From positions 1-43,036 of the IMG/VR virus record IMGVR_UViG_3300048861_000039: 43,036 nt of DNA. One strand, written 5' to 3'. The notes beneath the pieces were generated by a model. It made no database searches, was not told the origin of the DNA, and worked only from the letters and a program-made list of their open reading frames with translations. The DNA comes from a virus (taxonomy: Duplodnaviria > Caudoviricetes). Shown here piece by piece: positions 35,119 through 43,036 of the stretch; position 1 is the stretch's first letter, and every line of letters starts with the position of its first letter. Made by a program: the position numbers and the translations under genes.

Positions 35119-35619
35119 CTATTCCTTCATCTTGGACTGAACAGCGTCGGCGATTGCCTCGACGCCTGCGATCGAGGCGGCCTCGGTAGCCGGCGTGTTG
35201 ACGAATGGACGGGGCGCCAGCGGGGTGACGGTCAGCTTGTAGGACTTGACGATGTCGCCAGCGATCTTGCGACCGCGAGAGGTCCGCAGGCGTCCACCGA
35301 CACGACGCCGACGCTGGACGAGGACCGTTTGTCCCTTACGGCCGCCTTCCACGATCCGCCCGTAAAAGCGCGAATCGCGACCATTGTGCGAGTTGGCGCC
35401 GAGCAAGCCGACACGCACCTTGAGCCCGTCATCAAGCGATTGCACGGACAGCCCGCCCTGCAGGTTGCCCGTCCGAACAGCGACCGCGCCCTGTTCCAGC
35501 GCAAGAATCTTCGCACCCACTTCCGGCAGTTGCTCCTTGATCGCCTCTTCGGCCGATGTCGGTAGGGTATCGAACAGCCTGGTCAGTTCGGACATGCCTC
35601 GAAGGGTGTCGCGCGCCAT
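35119..35619 (-). CDS. HK97 gp10-like tail completion protein
   Basis: VRTGNL...FYGRIVEGG...PRPF. Confidence 0.8.
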   Translation of the reverse strand: MARDTLRGMSELTRLFDTLPTSAEEAIKEQLPEVGAKILALEQGAVAVRTGNLQGGLSVQSLDDGLKVRVGLLGANSHNGRDSRFYGRIVEGGRKGQTVLVQRRRRVGGRLRTSRGRKIAGDIVKSYKLTVTPLAPRPFVNTPATEAASIAGVEAIADAVQSKMKE

Positions 35620-35969
35620 CAGCTCGTCTTCTGCGCGCCGTTGGTCTCGGCGATGATCACGATCTGCTCTCGATCGCCGTTGGGGTCGAACGGCGGCTTG
35701 ATGTTCAGGTCGATGCCACCGGGTCCACCGAGACGGATCTGATCGTCATCAAGCAGGTCACCGCGCCACCGCATTCGGATGCGGTAAACCGCCGTACCCT
35801 CCAGCACCTTTGCGATGACGCCTTCGCGGCTGCTCTGGCCGATCACCTCGGCCCAGGGCGTGGTGATGACCGCCCATCCCGTATTTTTCGGCTCGCCACG
35901 ATCCAGCGTGTGCGTCGCGCGCATAATTTCGATCTTCGTGCGAAGAACGCCGGAGGTGAGGCGGTCCAT
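35619..35969 (-). CDS. Head closure / head-tail adaptor
   Basis: WAEV...YRIRMRWR. Confidence 0.8.
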   Translation of the reverse strand: MDRLTSGVLRTKIEIMRATHTLDRGEPKNTGWAVITTPWAEVIGQSSREGVIAKVLEGTAVYRIRMRWRGDLLDDDQIRLGGPGGIDLNIKPPFDPNGDREQIVIIAETNGAQKTS

Positions 35970-35971
35970 TG

Positions 35972-36535
35972 TCAGACGCTCCGCTTCCGCCAGCGGCGCA
36001 GCAGCAGCTGGACGCCGGTGGGCAATTCAACTGCGGCTGCCGAACGGCCGACGACGTCCGCCTCGCGGTTCACGTACCATGTGCCGATCAGCAGGTGCAT
36101 CGCGCGCTTCACAACCGCCGGCACGTCGTCCGGACTGGCGAAACCGGCAGATACGTCGATCTCGATCGGCAGCGTCGGGCGACGTCCGATCGAGAAGGGC
36201 AAGACGCCGACGCCCCAGCCGTAGGCGACCGGCAGGATGCGGCCCGGACGGGCCGTGAAGCTGGTAAGCCACGATCCAGCGACGAGTGGCGTCATCACGC
36301 CGCTGAGCGGATAGCGGATAGCGGTCACATCGCTCACCGGCCACGAGGACAGGGTGAGGGACCGCCCCAGTTCCGGGGCCGTCTCGGTGATATTGCGCGG
36401 CGTGAGAACGAGACCGGTGTAATTCTCGACGTGCTCGCGCGCGGCGACGATCAGGTCTGTGATGAAGTTGTCATCGTCGGACGTATCGACGCGGAGATTC
36501 TGTTTTGCCTGATCGAGGGTGAGAGGCTCGGCCAT
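35972..36535 (-). CDS. Head-tail connector (gp6-like)
   Basis: LDQAKQNLRVD...AAREHVENYTG...LLIGTWYVNRE. Confidence 0.88.
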   Translation of the reverse strand: MAEPLTLDQAKQNLRVDTSDDDNFITDLIVAAREHVENYTGLVLTPRNITETAPELGRSLTLSSWPVSDVTAIRYPLSGVMTPLVAGSWLTSFTARPGRILPVAYGWGVGVLPFSIGRRPTLPIEIDVSAGFASPDDVPAVVKRAMHLLIGTWYVNREADVVGRSAAAVELPTGVQLLLRRWRKRSV

Positions 36536-36547
36536 CAATCACCTCGC

Positions 36548-36578
36548 GAAAAATGGGGCCGCCCGTGAGAGCGGCCCC
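36548..36578 (-). terminator. Intrinsic terminator after the capsid module
   Basis: GGGGCCGC-tctcacgg-GCGGCCCC followed by ATTTTT. Confidence 0.7.
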
Positions 36579-36609
36579 GAGGTTGCCCTGGGGAGAGGGT
36601 CAGGGAAGA

Positions 36610-36882
36610 TTAGGACTTCGTCTTCTTCGAAGCGGCCTCGAGTTGCTCGGCCGCGATCTCGGCGCCGGTCTTCGTCGGATCGTTGAAGTCGATCCGGTTC
36701 ATGTCGGCGGTCGTGTTCTTGCGCGGGTCGTTGTCGACGGCGGGATGGTCCGGATCGACATCGGGAACGACCTGATGCGGAGCGCCGGAGGGGCTGAAGG
36801 TGGTCGCGGGCTCCACGCCCGAGGCCTGATCGGAGGTGTCGCCAGCGGTCTTCGCGGCGATGTCAGCAGTCGTCTCGGCCAT
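36610..36882 (-). CDS. Small acidic protein after capsid
   Basis: AGGAG RBS; DPDHPAVDNDPR...NRIDFNDP. Confidence 0.7.
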   Translation of the reverse strand: MAETTADIAAKTAGDTSDQASGVEPATTFSPSGAPHQVVPDVDPDHPAVDNDPRKNTTADMNRIDFNDPTKTGAEIAAEQLEAASKKTKS

Positions 36883-36946
36883 GGTGATGTCTCCTGTCAT
36901 GGCGGGGAGGAAGGATGCGGCCGGACCAAAGCCCGGCCGCGCAGGA

Positions 36947-38386
36947 TCAGGCGCCGATCACCAGCGCCTTCATGGCATCCGGGTTCTTGACGCCGCCGCC
37001 GACACGCTTCGTGCAATAGAAGCAGATATACGGCTTGTTCGTGTACGGATCGCGAAGCACCCGGAAGCCGATGCGGTCGACCACGAGGTAGGTCTCACGC
37101 ATGTCGCCGAACAGGATCGGGATCGCGCCGGCACCGATGACCGGCATGTCCGGCACATCGACGATCGGAGCGCCGAGCAGGGTGCTGGGCTGCCCGACCT
37201 GATAGCTCGGCTGCCAAAGGTAACGCTTCTGCGTGTCCTGAAGCAGGCGAACCGCCGCCAGCGAGGTCCGGTTCATGAACCACTTGGCGTTGGGCGAGTA
37301 CATCGCCGGCAGGTCATAGACGATGTTGGAGACCTGATCGGCCGTCAGCGCCGTCGCATTGCCGCTGTTGCGGGTCTGAATGGCGCCCCAAGGGTGGCGG
37401 GCCGCCTGGGCAGCGCCCGTCACATAGGCGAGGACGCCGAACGGCTTGTTCGTGCCGTCGCCAGCAACGAAGGCGATGCCCTCCTGACGCGAGAACTCAA
37501 TGTCGATCTCGTTGGTCAGCCAGTTCTCCATGTCCACTTCGCTGTCGTCGAGCAGATCCTGCGATGCTGCGGCGTTCGCGTAGATCTCGCCCGGCACGAA
37601 CGGCAGCGCCGTGAACTGCGGCGTCGAGGTGGCGGGCCGCGACGCGGTTTCGCCAACCCAGCCGGAGCCGATCGAGCGATCGGTAAACAGCTTGATGAAG
37701 CCGGCCTTGCTGATCGACTGGACGGTCGCCTCGGCGCGGATCGGCGAGATCAGCTTGAGACGGCCGGACACGGTGCGATCCCACTCGATCGGTGCGGTGA
37801 GACCACCGTCGGCAGCCGAGCCCTCCGACATGGCGGCGCGCACGCCGACCTTCTGCTCAGACTTGAGCTTGTCCTCCTGCTCGCGGCTGCCCTCACGGAT
37901 GAAGGAGCCGAAGAGTTTGGAATATTCCGCGTCGGGAACCTCGCGACCGGCCGGTCCCGACAGCTTCGCCGCCGCGGCAGTCTTCGCCGCCTCGTTCAAA
38001 GCCGCCTCAAGATCGGTAAGCGTGGTGTCGATCTTGCCCAGGCGCTCGTTGAGAACGACATCGTCGGCCTTCGACTTCAGCTGCTCGGCATGGGTCGCCT
38101 TGAACTCGTCGAACGCGGCATTGAACTGAGCGAACATCGCCTTGACGTCGCTGGGCACCTCGGCACGGACGCCTGCGGCGACGATGCTGCGCGGCATGGC
38201 AGGCACGGTCAGATGCGTCCGGGCCTCCGACGTCGGTGCGACCTCGAACATCGAAAGATCGATCTTTCGCAGATCGGTCGTGGGCAGGTTGAGCATCTGC
38301 GGTTCGCGCGGCCCGAAAAGGCCGCGGAAAGGATGGGCGAGCACGGTCGCCACCGCCCCGAGGGCGGCGAAATTCATCTTCTTCAT
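36947..38386 (-). CDS. HK97-fold major capsid protein
   Basis: DGGLTAPIEWD, FVAGDGTNKPFG, FGD...YLVVDR, KRVGGGV. Confidence 0.96.
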   Translation of the reverse strand: MKKMNFAALGAVATVLAHPFRGLFGPREPQMLNLPTTDLRKIDLSMFEVAPTSEARTHLTVPAMPRSIVAAGVRAEVPSDVKAMFAQFNAAFDEFKATHAEQLKSKADDVVLNERLGKIDTTLTDLEAALNEAAKTAAAAKLSGPAGREVPDAEYSKLFGSFIREGSREQEDKLKSEQKVGVRAAMSEGSAADGGLTAPIEWDRTVSGRLKLISPIRAEATVQSISKAGFIKLFTDRSIGSGWVGETASRPATSTPQFTALPFVPGEIYANAAASQDLLDDSEVDMENWLTNEIDIEFSRQEGIAFVAGDGTNKPFGVLAYVTGAAQAARHPWGAIQTRNSGNATALTADQVSNIVYDLPAMYSPNAKWFMNRTSLAAVRLLQDTQKRYLWQPSYQVGQPSTLLGAPIVDVPDMPVIGAGAIPILFGDMRETYLVVDRIGFRVLRDPYTNKPYICFYCTKRVGGGVKNPDAMKALVIGA

Positions 38387-38398
38387 GGTAGTCGACTC

Positions 38399-39388
38399 CT
38401 ATGAGCGCATCTTCGCAAGCAGGTCGGCGAACCCGTCCTGCAGTTCGGTGTCGGCAGCGCCCGGCGTGTCGACGGCATCTTGGGCAGCGCCTGGCGTGCC
38501 CTTGATCTTCTGGATTTTGGCGCGAGCCTCGGTGCGGGTCAGGCCCGCCGAGACAAGCTGAAGCTCCATGGCGCGAAGCTCGTTGATCGAACGATCGGCA
38601 GCCTTCGTCTGCTCGTCGCGCGTGGTTTGATCGGACGGCAACAGCGCATCCGCAAAGCCACGATCGATCGCCATCGCGCCGGACATGAAGGTCTCGTCGT
38701 CCATCCACTTCTGAATGTCGGCGAGCGGCTTGCCGGACTGCTTCGCGTAAACCTGCGCCATGGCGAGATCGAAAGGCTCGAGGAAGGCCGCGACCTCCGC
38801 AAAGTCGTGCCGGTTTCCGACCGCGCCACACCAGCAATTGTGGATCATGACGAAGGCAGAAGAGCCGATCTCGATCGTGTTGCCGGCCATGGCGATAACC
38901 GAGGCGGCAGAGGCCGCCATGCCCATGATCTTGACCGTGATCGCCTGGGGATGCTCCCGCAGGACGTTGTAAATCGCGAAGCCCTCGAACACGTCCCCGC
39001 CCGACGAGTTGATCTGCACTTCGACAGGACGATCGCCGATCGCGCGCAGCTGGGCGGAGACGCCCTTGGCGGTGACGCCGCCGCCGGTCCAGAAGTCCTC
39101 GCCGATGTCTTCGAGCATCGTGATGACGTTGTCACCGGAAGCGAGGGCGGACGGACGAATGCCGGCCGCCACCTCGCCCCAGCGCTCGACGATGCTCGGC
39201 TTCGTGAAAGCCGAGACGCGCCGATCGGCGGGCACGGGAAGAGCATCCCCGCGCTCGCGGCCGTTGATCCGGCCAGCAATGGCGCGGGGAAGTGGGGCGT
39301 TACCCTTAGCGCCGGGCTTGCCGGGCAAAGGGCGACCTTCCAGAGACTTTGCGGTGCCGGGGCGCGGCGTCGTGGGCGACTTATCCAT
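38399..39388 (-). CDS. ClpP-type head maturation protease
   Basis: INSSGGDVFEG, AASAASVIAMAG, MIHN. Confidence 0.93.
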   Translation of the reverse strand: MDKSPTTPRPGTAKSLEGRPLPGKPGAKGNAPLPRAIAGRINGRERGDALPVPADRRVSAFTKPSIVERWGEVAAGIRPSALASGDNVITMLEDIGEDFWTGGGVTAKGVSAQLRAIGDRPVEVQINSSGGDVFEGFAIYNVLREHPQAITVKIMGMAASAASVIAMAGNTIEIGSSAFVMIHNCWCGAVGNRHDFAEVAAFLEPFDLAMAQVYAKQSGKPLADIQKWMDDETFMSGAMAIDRGFADALLPSDQTTRDEQTKAADRSINELRAMELQLVSAGLTRTEARAKIQKIKGTPGAAQDAVDTPGAADTELQDGFADLLAKMRS

Positions 39389-40730
39389 TGGCTGGTCCAT
39401 CCTTTGGGGGCGGTGTGTCGACGGCCTTGCTCGCCATCCGGGCCGGCAGCTTGTCGCCACCAGCGATCTTGTTCTGGTCGAAGTTCTGGCGGACCTCATC
39501 GGGCGTCATCCACGCCTGAGAGCCGCCCGAGCCGAGCGCTTTGGCGAAGAAGTCCGCCTGATCCTTCAGCGACCCGCGCAGCAGCGCACCGTCGTTGAAC
39601 TTGGCGAAGATCGTGCCGACCTCAGACGGGTCTAGGCAGCGCTCAATCGCCTGCTCCCATGCGACGAACCACGCCAAAAGGCAGTATGTGACGAAGAATT
39701 GCCCAAGCACCTCGACGCCGGTGCCCCAATTGGTGGTGTCGAGGTTGAGAAGCGGCCTCGGGACGCCGGTGAAACGCGAAAGGTCCTCATCCTGATACTT
39801 GCGCGTTTCGAGGTGCTGTGAATCCTTCGGATTTGCGGTCGAGGGGACGTATTTCAGGCCCTCTTCGAGGATCAGGAACTTCGACGCATTGCCGGCGCCC
39901 GAATAACGCTCCTCCAAGCTGTCCCGGAGGTGCTGGATCGCCTCTTCGCCGAGCGACTGGTCCGTTTGCAGCGAACCGCCGGCCATCATACCGTTCTTGA
40001 ACAGCCGGGCCGCCGCGCGTTCCGCCTGAACAGCGATGCCGAGCGCCTGCGTCGCGACATCCAGCAGGCCGATACCGCGCAGTCCGTCGCAGCTGATCAT
40101 CGCGCGGAAATGGAAGACGTCACGCGCTTGAAGAATTACCTCACCGCCGCTCGGACGCTGGTATCGGAAGGTCAGTTTGAAGTCATCAGAGAGTAGAGGC
40201 GTTACCGAACCACGCTTTAGCGGGACAAGCGCAATGATTTTGTTGCGAAAACCGCGAATTACGAGCGCATAAGCGTTGCCATCCAGAAGTGCAGACGCCT
40301 GCATGTGGCTCTTGAACTCAAGCGGCGTCTGATAGTCGTTCGGCTTCGTCTTCAGGACCGTGTAGAGCGGATGATCCTTCGCCTCCTCGGTGTCGCCGCC
40401 ATCGATATTGCGCATCACATGGATGGGCAGCATCCCGATCGCCGAGGCGATCAGATTGACCGCACGGAAGAACGTGCTGTTCCGAAGCGCCAACTTCTCG
40501 CCGACGTGGACGCCGGCCGCCGATTCCCTGCTGCCGCCGAGGAACACGGCCAGCCGGGGATCGCTCATGTCCTCGAAGACGTAGCCTTCGCTCAGCGGGT
40601 TCGGTTCGTAAGCCCAATCCGCGTGCAGCGCCGGGCCGCCATTGTGACCGATCGGCGCGGCCGTTGTGGTTCCGGAAGAGGTTGAACGGCGATAGCCGGC
40701 CGCGCGGCGATAATCGTCGGGAGTCGCCAT
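39381..40730 (-). CDS. HK97-family portal protein
   Basis: KPNDYQT, LLDGNAYA, ILEEG, MTPDEVR. Confidence 0.95.
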   Translation of the reverse strand: MATPDDYRRAAGYRRSTSSGTTTAAPIGHNGGPALHADWAYEPNPLSEGYVFEDMSDPRLAVFLGGSRESAAGVHVGEKLALRNSTFFRAVNLIASAIGMLPIHVMRNIDGGDTEEAKDHPLYTVLKTKPNDYQTPLEFKSHMQASALLDGNAYALVIRGFRNKIIALVPLKRGSVTPLLSDDFKLTFRYQRPSGGEVILQARDVFHFRAMISCDGLRGIGLLDVATQALGIAVQAERAAARLFKNGMMAGGSLQTDQSLGEEAIQHLRDSLEERYSGAGNASKFLILEEGLKYVPSTANPKDSQHLETRKYQDEDLSRFTGVPRPLLNLDTTNWGTGVEVLGQFFVTYCLLAWFVAWEQAIERCLDPSEVGTIFAKFNDGALLRGSLKDQADFFAKALGSGGSQAWMTPDEVRQNFDQNKIAGGDKLPARMASKAVDTPPPKDGPANG

Positions 40731-40740
40731 ATCCTCTCCC

Positions 40741-42552
40741 TCAGATCATCAGTGCGCCGCGCGAGGCATAAACCGACTTCTTCTTCGGTTTCTCGGCAGC
40801 GGTTGCGGCGCCGACGCCCATCGCGATCGTCACCACGCCATCGATGCGACCGCGCGAGCGGGCCTTGTCGAAACACCGGTTGCCCTGGCCGTCAGCATCG
40901 ATCGTGGCATTGGCGGCGCAGCTGTAGGTCACGGGCGAGGCGTCGATGGTGATCCGCCCCTCAAGGATGCGGTCCTCGGTCTTCGTGATGCTGTGCGGCA
41001 TGCACAGCTGCTTATCTTCGAACATCACCCGCTTGCCCTGGGCGTGGCTGATGATCTTCAGCCCGCGACCTTCTGGCTTGCCCGGCCCCTCCCATCGCCA
41101 GACGGAGAGGCCGATCACCTCGCACGCGTCGATGAACGAAGCGATGAAGGCGGGGTCGACGATCAGGGCTTGCACGTCGCCGTCAGCGACGCGCTGCGCG
41201 ACCTGCATGGCGACATACGTGAAGTCGATCGTCGAGCCCGGCGTCGCGGTCAGGTAGCCGTCCGCAACCCATTCGACATACGGAGCCTGATCGGCTTTCG
41301 CTCGATCCTCAAGCCCTTCCTTCGTCGTCCAGTACCAGCTCTTCGACCAGAGCTTGTTTTCGGCCGGATCGTCCCACGTCTCGGTGAGGGCGGTGAGATC
41401 GTTCTTGCGTGACAGATCGAGCGACAGCCAGGACTTCAGCTTACGGAGCGACTTCTCGTCGACCTCGCCCTGCACCGCCGCCCATTTCTCTTCGTCGATC
41501 CAGAAGTCGGCCGCCCCGGTCGGGATACCGAAATAGAGGCGCTTGACCGATGAGGTGGTCGACACGCGAAGCGCGGCGGACGCCACCGTCTCGCGCACGT
41601 TGTCGATCGGATAGGTCTGGCCGAGCGCGGGCAGGGCCTTTGCCCAACACGCCTCGTTCTTGAAGACGTCCTCGCGGTCGGCTTTATCGACGCGCGCAAT
41701 GAAGCCGAACGACGCATCGTCACGGGCCTCGCCCTTCACGATCTGCTGGAACATCTCCGAATAGGAGGTGCCGACATGCTGCGATGTCGCAGGCGTGTTC
41801 GTACCCAGGATCATCATCGCGTTGCCGGCGATCTTGTCGATCGCGCGCTGCCAGATCTCTATCGAGTGATCCGACTTGAACTCGTGTATCTCGTCCGCGA
41901 CGACGAGGGCTGGGCGTGGACCAGACTGGTTGTCACCGCCGGCGAGCGTGCGAAAGAATGATTGCGAGCCGGGGTGCTCGATCTTCCAAGCGTTGTCGCC
42001 TTCGCCACGGATGATGACCTCGCCGCGCGATTCGAGCGTGTCTCCCTCATCTTCGTCCGGGATCTGGCCCCGGCACATGGCGACGGCATCGCGGAAAAGG
42101 ACGTTGGCGGTCGCCTTGTCCTGCCCGATCGCAAACACCTGGGCGCGGGGAATGCCGCACCATCCCATAACGTAGACGCCGAGCGCGCCCATCAGCGGCG
42201 ACTTCGCCTGCCCCTTCCCGGTTTCCAGCCATGCTCGGCGGAATCGCCAGCGCCCCGCCTCGTTCAGCCATCCGAACAGCGACCCGATGACGAAGGTGTG
42301 CCACTCGAGCGGGTGAAACGGCTCGCCGGCCGCAGGGCCATCGGTGACCGGGAACACGGCAGGCAGGAAGCCAAGCGCGTGAGCCGCCGCTTCCGGTCGC
42401 CATTGCAGACCGCGACGCGGGCCGTCACGAAGATCGCGCAGGTGCCGTTCAGCCTGGTGCCGCACGAGCTCGCCGACGACCAACTTCCCGTCGACCGCCG
42501 CGTGCGCCCACGCGGTCGTAGGATCATCGGCGGAGAGGAACCTATTTGCCAA
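40741..42552 (-). CDS. terL: Terminase large subunit
   Basis: GKGQAKS Walker A, VVADEIH Walker B, LDLS, RIDG. Confidence 0.95.
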   Translation of the reverse strand: MANRFLSADDPTTAWAHAAVDGKLVVGELVRHQAERHLRDLRDGPRRGLQWRPEAAAHALGFLPAVFPVTDGPAAGEPFHPLEWHTFVIGSLFGWLNEAGRWRFRRAWLETGKGQAKSPLMGALGVYVMGWCGIPRAQVFAIGQDKATANVLFRDAVAMCRGQIPDEDEGDTLESRGEVIIRGEGDNAWKIEHPGSQSFFRTLAGGDNQSGPRPALVVADEIHEFKSDHSIEIWQRAIDKIAGNAMMILGTNTPATSQHVGTSYSEMFQQIVKGEARDDASFGFIARVDKADREDVFKNEACWAKALPALGQTYPIDNVRETVASAALRVSTTSSVKRLYFGIPTGAADFWIDEEKWAAVQGEVDEKSLRKLKSWLSLDLSRKNDLTALTETWDDPAENKLWSKSWYWTTKEGLEDRAKADQAPYVEWVADGYLTATPGSTIDFTYVAMQVAQRVADGDVQALIVDPAFIASFIDACEVIGLSVWRWEGPGKPEGRGLKIISHAQGKRVMFEDKQLCMPHSITKTEDRILEGRITIDASPVTYSCAANATIDADGQGNRCFDKARSRGRIDGVVTIAMGVGAATAAEKPKKKSVYASRGALMI

Positions 42553-42967
42553 CAGGCTTCAGGTACGCTGCCGCACCTGTCGTCTTCCGGGCCTTGCGTT
42601 CGACCTTCGCGCCAGCGCCACGATCGCGCGGGGAGATGCACAATTCCTTTTCGAGGGCGGCGGCCTGCGACGACGCGTTCGACATCGTGGTCCACCAAGG
42701 GTTGTAGGTCGGAACGCCGGTCTTCTTCGCCTTCATGACCGGGCCGGAGCGGAGTACCTCCTTCGCCGAGATGTCGAAGGTGACGTAGGCGACGACCAGG
42801 CGCTTGATCGAGTGCGCGTTCGCCGTCGCCAGCTTCTCGACGCCGCGCAATTCGCTGATCAGCGTTCGCCAATATTCTGCGGCTGCGTCACGATCGGCCT
42901 TGCGTCCGAAGATCAGCCGCCAGTTGGGTTCGGGAGGCACGCCAAGGCCGCCATCGATCACGTCCAT
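42542..42967 (-). CDS. terS: Terminase small subunit (P27 family)
   Basis: YNPW...ELCISPRDR; overlaps terL start. Confidence 0.9.
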   Translation of the reverse strand: MDVIDGGLGVPPEPNWRLIFGRKADRDAAAEYWRTLISELRGVEKLATANAHSIKRLVVAYVTFDISAKEVLRSGPVMKAKKTGVPTYNPWWTTMSNASSQAAALEKELCISPRDRGAGAKVERKARKTTGAAAYLKPVGK

Positions 42968-43036
42968 GGCGACCTCCGGGAAGGAAACCCTCCCCCCTCA
43001 AAAACAGCTTGTAGTGCGCACGGCGGGTCGATGCGG

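Larger units (their letters stand above)
1..43036. mobile_element. Complete temperate siphophage genome (HK97-like head, lambdoid regulation), non-integrated form
   Basis: All packaging, head, tail, lysis, immunity, replication and integration modules present; attP is intact internally; no host genes; ends fall between HNH and terS. Confidence 0.93.

Noticed and set aside
36836-39598. Long plus-strand ORFs opposite capsid and protease
   Set aside because: Antisense shadows of conserved genes
1-43036. Genome-wide TGA reassignment
   Set aside because: Many genes end in TGA with ATGA or TGATG coupling; only one internal TGA was found

Overview
The window appears to be a complete, roughly 43 kb, GC-rich temperate siphophage genome of HK97/lambdoid organisation. 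It is opened between the HNH gene and terS, the usual cos position. An alphaproteobacterial, probably sphingomonad, host is inferred from GTTC-N7-GTTC SOS boxes and gene content. The minus strand carries terS, terL, portal, ClpP protease, capsid, head-tail and tail genes, a tape measure protein with an M15 peptidase domain, an SGNH/LamG receptor-binding protein and a lysis cassette. It also carries the early lytic operon: cro, cII-like, MT-A70 methylase, DUF2303, an initiator with internal iterons, and a Q-like gene. The plus strand carries cI, a PL-type operon led by a (CxxC)n repeat protein, xis/int, an intact attP containing the 3' half of tRNA-Asn(GTT), and an approximately 7.5 kb mosaic accessory block. 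Features worth follow-up: a LexA-boxed SRAP operon whose SRAP gene starts at ATC, an in-frame TGA in a lysis-cassette membrane gene, an antisense BssS-like gene, a tandem CCHC zinc-knuckle gene beside the endolysin, junction repeats that delimit gene cassettes, and two structured antisense intergenic elements flanking the distal tail gene. All family assignments come from motifs and synteny read by eye; no searches were run.
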